This document shows, one piece after another, positions 12,701 to 24,700 of a stretch of DNA of 64,000 bases. Position 1 is the first letter of the stretch; the number at the start of each line of letters is the position of its first letter. Position numbers and translations under genes: made by a program. The notes beneath the pieces were generated by a model, which saw only the letters and a list, made by a program, of their open reading frames with translations, was not told the origin of the DNA and made no database searches. The stretch comes from Bispira polyomma (lineage: Eukaryota): the NCBI GenBank assembly GCA_965649765.1, contig OZ287752.1, forward strand, positions 53,630,001 through 53,694,000, read 5' to 3'.

Positions 12701-15700
12701 GATTGATGAAATCGTCCCAGGCATTGATGGAATCGTGCCAGGGATTGATGGAATCGTCCCAGTATAGAGGTCTCGTAAAGACGGCCGGAAAGATGGTGCA
12801 TGATATACTGACAGATGAGGAGGCCGTAGTTGAGTTTGTTAAAGACAATAAGGTCCTCTACCACAAGAGGCACAAACAGTTTAAGGACAGATTCCTGAAG
12901 GAGAGGTTATGGGAGGATTTGGCCACCAGTGAAGGCCTAAAGATGACCGAAGTGAAGACGTGGTTTGAGTCACAGTGCACCCGTTTGGGGTGTTGATGGC
13001 AAAGAAATCAGGGCAAGGAGCCCCAGAGTGTACTGACAGGGAGATCTGGCTCATGATTCGGTTTTCCTTCCGCAGATCATACATAGTGCGCCACGTGAAG
13101 TCTTCTGTATTCAAGCCATCTACCTTGTCTACCCAGGGAGCTTCCCCACCACATCAGGGAGCGGTACATGATTTGTCAAGGTGCTCTAGTATCGGTGTGG
13201 AAAGTGCAACAGAGACAAGCATGAGGAGCACACAGAGAAATTCTCCAGTCCGTCAGGTCTTCGATATCAACAGTTAGCTAGTTGAGCACCTAGGACACAT
13301 AAGGACAATGATGTCAACCTTTGTGGGTGAAAGCCAGAAGAAAGAGAAGCCCCAGTTGAATCAAACCGCTCAAGACAGATTGCTGGATGCAGTGGACAAA
13401 CTTGTTTAATTGTTATTTATGTGGACAGGACTGTGGTCAGGTCAGATTGGTTTCTTTATTGTATTATTGTATAATTGTATGGACTATTAAGAGTATCTCA
13501 GTTGACTGTAATTCTGTAATTCTGTTATTTTATTTGTTAAATAAATTTGTTAAGTGAAACTTTTTGTCTTTTCCTGTTACAACCTCCAAGCAACCGGTAA
13601 TTGCTACTTCCCTTGCTCCCGTGACCGTAACAATCATCATTGGTTACAGTAATGTACAGCAACTGACTGACCAGCAGCAACAGCCACTTGGATCGCTCAA
13701 CCAGCAACAGCCCAACGTCCTGCCCGTTTCACAGTCGCATCGCACTTCATCTCCACAGCGTAAACCGCAGTAGCCAGTCAGCAATTTGCAGGCGGTCATT
13801 TTCTGACCGCCATGGGTTAACCTCCAGCCCTTTCTTAGGGCCAACCTAATCTTTCACCAACAATATCTAAAGGTTTTTGTTAAAAATCACAAACAAACAG
13901 ATTACACCATCCATTTAAAAGCAATTCACACATACAGACAGAAATAAAAATATCATTGGCCCCAAACTTCAAACTCCAAATATTAGCCTAAAATATAATC
14001 CCAAACAAACAGATAAACACCGTCCCTTCAAAAACAATTCACACATACACACAGAAATAACAATATCATTGGCCCAGACTCACAATTCCAAAATATTAGC
14101 CCAAACAAACAGATTACATTCTCCTCTCCTTAAATGACAGTGGAACTCTCAGTATCAGAAACAAAGAAAGATCACAAAATTACCCAATTAAGAGAAATTT
14201 AGCATTTAAGAAAAAAATAACAGAAAATAAATGATTTAAAAACAATTTAGAAAAAACATAGAACCCCATATTTTGACATTTGTGCAATAGAAAGAGTTTT
14301 TCATGGACAAATAAACAAATTCCTGAGATATTCCTCTTCCAAACAAGTGGTCACACCACTTTTAATGTTTGAACCTAGTTTTGTCCCTAAACAAGTGGTC
14401 ACACAAATGACAAAGTTTGAAAAAGTGATCTTTAACAGGGAATGGGCCATGAACTATCTTTTGCTGGGAAATCTTTATGTTATATATTATGGGGGTCCCC
14501 AGTAGAACTGTACAAGGTCAGTGTAAGGCCTTGGGTTCGAATCTGTTACAATAATGAGTTTCTTTTATCAGTGTGTGTGTTTTGGTGAAAAAAAATTCAA
14601 GTTTGGTGGGGGTCTGCTATGTTTTTATGGTGGTGTTTTAAGGGTTTAGTGACGTAAACACATAAAACGATTGCCGATAACCATGTTATGTGTGCTCGAG
14701 CTTCTCAGAAACTACACAACTTTTTCTCTGTGGCCTTAAACCCGATTTATGGATAATATACTTACATTTTCATGATTAGAAATAACAAAGAATGACATAT
14801 ATTTTAATTATATACTAATTCATGTATTTTAAGTGTTATTTTCATTGATATCTTGAGACATACAATACATAGAGCAGTGTCTCATATTGCAACTAAAATG
14901 GGTAATATTTTCAAAGTACATGCTTCACAAACATGACACAATTCATATACCAAGAAGGGATCAATACTGAAGTATTGTACATGAATAGAATAAGGAAAAC
15001 ATCAGCATTAATTTGAATGAATTAGTTTTTCAAATAAAGCACAAAAACACTGCTAATTTCAGAAAAACATTAAAGTTACACTCTTCTGAACAGAAAGATA
15101 ATTTTTATTCTTTGTTTATATAAAATAGGGAAACCTATTTAAAAACCTATTTAAAAATCTAATTCATTCAAAATAATATACATGTTTTCTAAAGATGTTT
15201 AGGGTATATAATGTCTGCATTTGTGTTGGATCAATACTCGTACTGTGTCACAATAGACAAGGCTCTCTGCGAGAAATATTTACAAATATGACATTCTATT
15301 ATAGATTTCAAATTGTGTGATGTCACAAAACAAGGATCGTTATATGGTTGTTTTTGTGGTTTTATGGCAAAGTGTTAACCTTTTAATTTCTCTGGACATA
15401 TTAGAATAGTTAAAAACCTCACTAAAGTATACTTTTAAAGCTATCATAGTTGTTATACAGAGTAGAAATGTGCATTCGTAAAGCATCATACTTTATCACC
15501 GTCGTGTTTTTGTGTTTACGTTACTAAAGCCTTAAATGAGTTGTGATCGGGTAAGGGGGTAAGGGGTGTAACAAATAGCTCAGTAATTGTTCTTAAAATA
15601 TTTGGGCGGTCCTGAAAAGGACCTTTTTTGGTTACAGCTCAGCTCGAGATGGCTTCTCATCAGACCCAGACTAAGCTCAGGTCAAACTTCCGATTCACTC

Positions 15701-18700
15701 ATTTTGCCAAGGGACTGTCCCTTCATTTATGAAGTAGTCCATCAATGTGTTCCTTTGCTGTTTTGCTATTTTGCCCCTAGATCGATTCCTATCGTTGGCC
15801 AATTGATCCCCCACCAGCTGCTCCTCAGACTCAGGCGGATCATCTTAAGGGCTGGGGTCAGTTTGAAGCCTACCAGAGGATGCTGTTGCATGGTCGTCAG
15901 TAGAAGTTGGAACCTGCTGACCAATATACCGAAGGCATTCTGGACAACCCCCTTCCCCTTGATATCCTGTAATTACAGATCCTTTGGCGGTTAGTCAGTG
16001 ATCTCTTGAAGTAGGGTTTCATCAACCAGGACTTCAGGGCGAAGGCGTCGTCCTCCAGCAGGAAGTAGTTGACAACACGTATGGATCCCTCAAACAGTGG
16101 TGCAGGTTTGGTAAGCCCGATTGATATGTCTTCCAACTGTTCTTTTACTTCCGAGTAGTTGAATATTTGTGCGCCGGAACAGGAATCACTGATGATGGCT
16201 ACATGTTTCCCGTCAATACAGCTCACAGAGTAAGGGATTTTCCATCAGTTTCTGTAGACTTCTTCCGGCTTCAGCCAGTCAGAGGGGTGGTTTGGCAGGC
16301 TAGATTTTCTGTCTTGTATTCCTAGATAATGGCTTTACAGAGCTCTTGGATGAACTTGGTAATGCTTGATTTTCCCACCCTGAACTGATATAACAGGGAA
16401 CTGTAGCTCTCGCTGGTGGCCAGGTGCAAGTTTAAATCCAACATCTAAGGGCTTTCTGTACCAGGTTGTGGCTTTCTTGATATGGCGTTTGATCCTCTCC
16501 TTGATTTCCTGGAATAGGACTGACCTTTTCCGATGGTGGTCTTGGTTTCAATTCCTGTTGAGCTTTAGCCTTGTCTCTTTGATGTTGTAGTACGAGCATG
16601 AGGGAACACATTTCTAATTCAAAAAAGACTAAACAATCCCCTAATCTCCTCAAATATTCTCTCTTGTCGATTGCTGGGATTATCCTCAATTAGTTACTCA
16701 ATATTACATAACTTTTAGGGCTCAAAAAGGGTATATATAGGGTCAGACAGCGTCCCGACTTTATTTTAAATTTTTTTTAATCCTATAGGTCTGGATCATC
16801 AATCTGTCAGATCATATTGCCAATACATTCGATCCTAGGGCAATAGGTCACATCCTATCGCCAATAGGTTCGATCCTACCTGGGTAGAGAAGGTCGGGAA
16901 ACCTTGGAGTTCAAGGTCGTACAACCTTTAAGTTTGATCAGGATCGGTGTCCCGTAAAAATGGGGTACAATGAGGTTGATTGGGAAGGTTGCCCCACTTT
17001 TTTATTTTCCCGCCCCCAAAAAATTTCATTGATATCTTGGCCCCGACCGCCCCAATCTTAAAGTCAGGCCCATTTTGCCAATCAAGCTTGAATGAGGAAC
17101 CACCACTTACCTTGCAGTAAACAAAATTATAATAATTGAAACATTTCCTGTCGGGTATGAATGTCGGTAAAATGTTATGTAACTGTTTAGGGGAATTAGT
17201 ATTACCAAACAATTGATACAGACTTGAGTAAAGATATATCTTCTACTATACCTGCTATTGCTTCATCATTATTTTCTCCAGATAATTTCTGGTCAACATC
17301 TGCATACCCTTGTAGTAAACAAAATAGTACCAAACAATTGAGATATTTCTCTTTTTTTAATTTAGAGTTAATTTTAAATATTATGCCACTGTTTCGTGTA
17401 TCTAGTACAACTAACCTGTTCCAACAGACTGAATATAAAATAGTACTAAAATAATATTTGTTTAACACATATTTTAGTGGGAATTGTATAGCTACCTGAC
17501 ATAGCAAAAGCGTCATCAAACCCAGCATTTTCTTCCCCGGAAGCTTTGTCTCTAAAAATATTACCATTACAGTCTACAATTGTATAAACATAAAATGTGC
17601 ATATAAGATGAAAACATAAGGACTGGTAATAATAAAGAGAGCAAACATATTTACTTACGGTACACCACTATTCAGACGTTCTTGCCCTGTAAATCACATT
17701 ACATAGTTTGATATTACAGTATACAATAAAATTGCAAGATTGTTTCGTGCAGTTTGCTACATGTCTGGCAGTATTTTATATGATATAAATTGTCCACCAA
17801 AATATGACACAACAAATAATAAAACTTTTATTGTAACTGAAAAATCTGTAAATTTACTGAAATAATAGTCTGACATAATAGTTTTTATTACGCTTAAAAC
17901 ACCTAAAATGACTTGCCTTCTTTTCTGAATAATTTATTAATTCCAAGTTTATTTCTGTGAAAAACCACCAATCCAACCACTACAATGATCACCAGGATTG
18001 CAATCAGAGGACCAATTATAGCACCTATGTTAACTCCATCTTAAATAAGACAAGAATTGAACATATCAATATCTACCTACTCACGTATCTGTATATAATA
18101 GACAAGTGTAGTCAAATAATTAAAAAAACGAAAAGGTTTTACCTGGTCTGTATATAGGTGGATCAATTCCTTGAACAAAGGTTGCCATTTGATTGTTTCC
18201 TTCATAGACTTGGACACTTACTGAATATGATGCTTTATCATCAAATTCATCTGGAATTGTAACTCGCTCTTGAGTTGCGTTTACCGTACCATTAACAGGG
18301 TACACATGACTGTTGGCTGTCCCTTCCGCACTATAATTAAACTTTAAGCCCACAGCTACTTCTACCCTTTCCGATCTCTGTTGATTATAATCCCAGGTTA
18401 TTATCATTTCACTCGAAGAAATTGAGTCGATTTGAACGTTTTTAATATCAGGTAGACCTAAAAATTTAAAATAAAAACATTCTACAGTATTTTTTTAAAA
18501 CTAGATTTAATACAAAAAGTGTACATATTGTTTGTTAATTTCACTTCATATCGATCAATGTAAATATCGGTCTAACAATTTAATAATTGGAACACTTCAT
18601 CAATTTAAATACAAGGTGATATTTTTGCTCATGCTGAATTCATTTAAATTATGTTTACCTACATATTGTATTTGGGCAAATCATAGCATTAAAATTAATC

Positions 18701-21700
18701 TCACCAGTATTATAATGACAATCAAAAAATAGCAAACATTTAAAAAGTAAAAATATTTTTGAAATCATATATAGTTAACATAGTTAGAACAGAGCATCAC
18801 ACCTGTCTGTATGTGTTACCTGTTGTTTTGCTGTCACAACTGCAAACATATTCATTTGTTGTATTTATTCCTGTCCTCTGATTCTCCCCATGTATACGTA
18901 TACAATATTCTGTATGTGGCTGCAGTCTTTCAACAAGTACCTGAAGATGTGTACCTTCTATACCTTCTTGAGAACCCCGAAATGTCTGTATATATTGAAA
19001 ACTTGTGTCTGGATTACAATCTGGTTGACTGTGTTCACCAGATTTAATGGTGTAAATGACTGGAGGCATATTGCCACTACGACCTTCCTTCCACTGCACA
19101 GTGAGGGAAGAAGAGGTCATATTCGGAAGAATATAAAGATCAGTTGGTGATTCTGCTGGTCCTATTCAAGTAAACAAAACACTTAAAAATTGAAATTTGG
19201 TTTAATTTGAATGGCTGAATACTAAAACTTTTAAATCCCTTAGACATCCAACTAGCAGTAAAAGAATATTGGAAAGCAAAATTATTTCTTTTTATATGTG
19301 AAGAAAAATATGGAATTGTATAAAGTAGTATATGTTAAGAATTCTTTAACAAAATAAACAAAGAAAAATTAAAAATATGTGAGCAATCATTTAAAATTAG
19401 TAAACATTAAACAATGAACTACCAACAAACAAATTACGATAACATACCCATATTAAATAGAAGATACATACAACACATTCACATACCAAGTTCTCTCAAT
19501 TCTAAAGGAAAAGCCACTGTTCCTACTGTATTATTAACTTCACAATAATAAAAACCGAATGTTGAGTCATTTGTGAAAGCAACAGTATAGTTTTTCATTG
19601 TAGCGCCACTAATCTGTGAGGCTGTATCTGTCCCATTGAAATACCACTGGTAATTTGGCATTGGATTTGCACAAACTGGGCACTGAAGCACAACATTTAA
19701 TTCTTCAAATTCTGCTGCTTGGTATTTTTTGTCAGAATTCCATATTGCAGCATCTGTTGAAAATGTATATATATTGTAATCCTTACATGTATGATTTATT
19801 GAAGAGTGTTAAAACCATATAATACTAGTAATAACAATAAGTAATGGATTGATACCCATTAAACATACAGTGTGTTTCCACTATAACCGAGTTTGAGATT
19901 TTGGTTTCTTCTTCTCCAGCTGTAGTAGCAGTTGCCACACATTGATATACACTGTCATAATACACAACCCCTTCACAAGTATCAAATTGATGCTCGGAAG
20001 CCTTCCAATAAGATTCAAGTTTGTGTGCTTTACTTAATCCATTACAACCATTTTCACAAGCAATATCATTGGTTTCAGTTCCAAAGTAACGTTCATCCAA
20101 TTGTTTGTCATTTTTTTTTATGTACACAGTATTGATATTACTTGCTGATATGACACATGACAAGTTAAAATCACTAGATGTAGTTCCATTATAGACAGGG
20201 TTGTCCATTGAGAGTTTGAATTCTTCAAAGCTCACAGGGGCTAGAAAAAGTAAAAGCATTCAAATATTTACACATGGAGTAAAAAATCAATGAAAATTAT
20301 ATGACTTGTCTTTTAATGTTGTAACTATTACTATAATACAGTATAGTACCATACTTAGGCAAAAATAAAGTAGTACAATCTGAAATACCTTCTACAATTA
20401 CGTCAATGTCTTTTGATGAATTACTTGGACCTATGAAATTTCCTGCAATACAGTGATATATTCCACTTTCTTTGACACTAGTTGGAACAAAATCTTCCCA
20501 ATTTGTTGTGCCATCAATAATAGTATAATTATGAAGGAAACTTCTATTACTGTGCCATGCAATCCAAGAAGCATCAGGAACTCCAATTTCATTGAGTGTA
20601 CTTAGGTCACAGTATAGGGTGTAAGATTTCTCTATAGATATCGTGGAATCAGTAATTGATGCAACTGGCTCACCCTTTGGTGTATCTTTTGAAACAATAA
20701 AAAGTTTAGGCTATAATACTTTGATATATATGTTATAAATTTTATATGTCATCTGTAAAAGCTGTAATGCTGTGATACTCGAACAAAATAGCAAAATATT
20801 TGACCTGCAAACAATATTATTAAGTCATCAATTGCCATATAATGTCTGTATAAATATATTTCAGTACATACACTGTACAATAACATTCACTGAGGAGATA
20901 TCACCATTTCTTTGAACATTGCCACCACATGCTTGAAATTCATTTTCTGCTGTACATGTGAACATTCCAGCATCCTTGTATGTGGTAGATTCAATGTTTA
21001 AAGTCTGGTTCTCCTGCGAACCTGTAGGGTAACTCCAACCATAATCTATAATATTTGGTCTGGCATCAGCATAACAAGTCAAAGACAGTGGATTTCCTTC
21101 AACTACCAAAGTGCTACCAGTGACATTTACATTTCGTGGATGATCTGAAATAGAATTAAGGAGATGAACAATCGATTTCACTTCAGTAATTATATGTAAT
21201 TACGAAAACACAATCTGTAAATATAACATATATACTCACTGTGCTTATATTTAAACATAAATACAGGACTATAAGGCAAATGTCACACCAGCATATACAA
21301 TGTAATGCACAATATTACTCTATAACTAAAGTTAATGATCTCTTCCTGTAAAATTTTACAGATGGGCTAGTGATTTATCCTTAATGGTAATTATTTATAA
21401 TTTTGAATTAGTTTGGTCGTATTCACAAGTTATTTAACACATTGATAAACATATTTTAGGCAAGTTCCTTATGTATATATACAGTGTTACGTATATATCA
21501 TTGAACCAATTTCATATACATATTTTCAAATATTCATAATTGAAATAATTATTTTTTAAAAGTTTTGTCTGGATACAATTGATAACAATAAAATTACTAT
21601 GCAATATTGAATAATGTTTTTAGTGTTTTTTTTAGGAAAAGCTACATTTATTCTGGCTTTCGTGTAATAAAATAGCTTTGGTAATTTTGAAATTTATTCC

Positions 21701-24700
21701 AATCACCAATGTTATGACAATTGGTCAAATACCATATTTACAACATCTGCAGAACACCAAAGAAAAACCTCAGCTAATCTCGATACTTATGTGACATTAG
21801 TATTTAAAACTGGTAAACAGGAACCACTATGATACAATAAACACTCTCCGTTTAATTTACTGTTCAAAGAAAACAAGATTGAAGTGTTAATATCACAAAC
21901 AAATAGCAGACTTCAAAATAGAATACTGAAGTTCACTGAAATAGTGCATATCATGTGTGATTATATAGTATTTCCCATTCCTCATCTAATTCCAGTCTGG
22001 CAAAAATAGCTGATACACAACATGTTATGAAATAGTATGTTGTAATGATAAAAATAAGTTACTTACAGAGAACCTGTACCATAAGGTGTGATGATATTTT
22101 CCCTTCTTCAATACCATTCACTGCAGAACAGGAGTAGTTACCAATATTACTTAACTGGCTTTGACTGGTATTATACCATTGTGATGTAATCCCTGTCAAT
22201 TCACCATTAAAATGCCTGTGGAGATGTAGCACACATGTACATTATAGCTGTAATGATTTATATTGATATTAATTTGCAAGTGTGTTTAAGGGGTTGGGGC
22301 CATCTTACGTCACTATTATTGTTAATGATGGAAAAAAATACATGGCCATTTATCCGCTTCTGCTGACATATTATTACATATTAATGTTGTCTGTATGATA
22401 AGTCAACATTATACTATACATTTTAATGACATTATATACAGTGAGCGATGCCCCCTCAAAGCTGTGCCTGTGGTACAGCTTTTAGTATTACTTATACATT
22501 AATAACATCGCCATCCATATACATAAGTCAAAACTTAAACAATGTGGATAATTTAACCATTTAGAAAGAAAGCATAGAGAGACTGATCTATTTTCAGCAA
22601 GTGAATCTTTACACAATTATTTACATAATGTTGTTACCACACATATGAATATACTGGTGGGTTGCCTTGTCTTGTTACATTGCACAGTAAGTTCAATGGT
22701 TTTTCTTCTTCCACAATATGCTGAAGTCTACATGGTCCAACTTCAACTTCTCCCCCATCTATAATTATTTTATTATTTTCAGGTATTATTATTGCACAAA
22801 AATTGTTGCCCTTGTATATTTGAAGGTATAGAGTCACTAATGTTGTATTTGGTCCTCTTATTAAATGCCTTTGATTTTCACCACCTATTTTTGTCCTTTT
22901 AACCAATTTTAGTTTGGAAAAGTTAATCGTGTATTCACATATTATCCAATTATATTATCTGCCATTACCACTGTGGCAATAATGGAAGATGAACAAGCCA
23001 CTTTTAAATCACAATAACAACTGACACTACTTGATACTATTCATGTTATTATTTCTAGAAAGTTATTTTTGGAGTTTTTAAAATTATTTATAAAATATTA
23101 AACTTGCAAGTAAAATCACTTACATAAAATGTTTAACTGATGACTGTCTATTCTTTGTTGCATTCCCTCCAGCTGTTTCACAATACAAGTTATATTTTTA
23201 CCATTGTCATCTCTCTGTGCTGAATATAGTAATGTACTTGAACCATTCCCAGGGGTGGCTTCATCGGTAATATTACTTCCATCTCCAATAAACCATTCAA
23301 ACTGTGCCGGTGGAAAACCACCCATAGAAGTACATGTAAAAGTTTCACTTGAAGTTATGGTGGTATTAAAATTACCTTCTAAATATGGGTCATCTGATAA
23401 ATCTGAAAAAAAAACATAACAGTTTAGTTATCATATATGTACACATATATATCAATAAAAAGTTGAAGTTTAAAGGCAATGTTACTCTAAAATATGTATC
23501 CACATTATTTACTACATAAACTATGTTTTCCATATTAATCTTGTGTATGATTATGCTATATAAACTATGGTAGCATTCTCATTAAAATCCAGAAAATAAT
23601 AGCTTAACGAAAAATACATTACTTTTATAAAATACTTGAGTATATTAAGTATTACTTTATATTTTCATTATCTGAAAATAAATAAAAAGCTCTTACCATA
23701 CACCTGAAGAAAATAAGTAGCATTTTCACTAGTCTCAAATCTACAGACCCAGTCTCCAGACATGCCAGTAGTTACTCCTGATACTGTGTATGATACACTT
23801 TTAGTTAAGTCAGGACACACTTCATCTACATTTGGTTCTGTGGAATCACATTTACAAGAACCTGGATCTATGTCATAATAACAGGCTTCATCTTGCAAAC
23901 AGTCAAATGTACAGCTTTGACCAGGCAATTGTCCAGGCCAGGCTATGCGCAAAAACTCAGACTCTGACTTTGGGGTATCTAAACTACAGTTTAAAGTTAT
24001 TGTGTCACCAATTTTAACAGATTGAGGTTGGATGGTAAATGTAAGACTGCAGCAGCCTGAAAATAATATAGTTATTTGACATTGTGAATAAATTTTGTGC
24101 CAGGTTAAACTGGTTAAAAATAAATGGTTAATTTTAAGGTGTACCAATCTGTACATTTGGAAAAAAGCCTTATCATTGTACAGCACAAATATTACAATAT
24201 ATATATTTCTATTAATATAATATTAAACAACCTTGACCACATTTTCATGTGTAAAAGTCATAACGTAATAGACAATTTCTGGAAATACAACTGATTCAGT
24301 TTTGAGTACCAGTAATCATAGCTAAATAGTTTGTGTTGAAAATATGACAATTACCGGAATATTCGCCAAAATTGTTGCAGAAAAAATGAAATATCAGGAT
24401 CAGTGTCTCACTCTAGCTTGTGAACTTGATTTTGTTAAAACATCACTGAAAAGATTGGTATGGGGCAGATGAGTTTATTACTATTTCTATATTTGATTTA
24501 CATACTGTAAAAATAGTAAACACATATAAAGTCATCTTTTACTGTATACTAACGATCAACTTTTTTATGAATCAATTTTATTGGGCAATTGTACGTACAT
24601 ACATACATAAGAATATATTTCTAAACTGCAAAACATTTCTTTGATCTCAATACAATGGAATGCCAGTAGCTTTGCTTACAATACTAGGAAATAGGTTTTT

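Larger units (their letters stand above)
11819..17107. mobile_element. PIF/Harbinger DNA transposon, degenerate, ~5.3 kb
   Basis: TIR core TGGTGGTTCC(A/T)CATT at both ends; imperfect 3-bp flanks (TGA / TTA); convergent MADF-like and DDE transposase pseudo-ORFs. Confidence 0.88.

Noticed and set aside
12615-12761. CRISPR-like array
   Set aside because: Contiguous 21-bp units with no unique spacers, no cas genes, eukaryotic context.
24354-24415. Alternative signal exon for gene A (donor-like G|gtaatt)
   Set aside because: No in-frame ATG before a stop; 26874-26925 fits much better.
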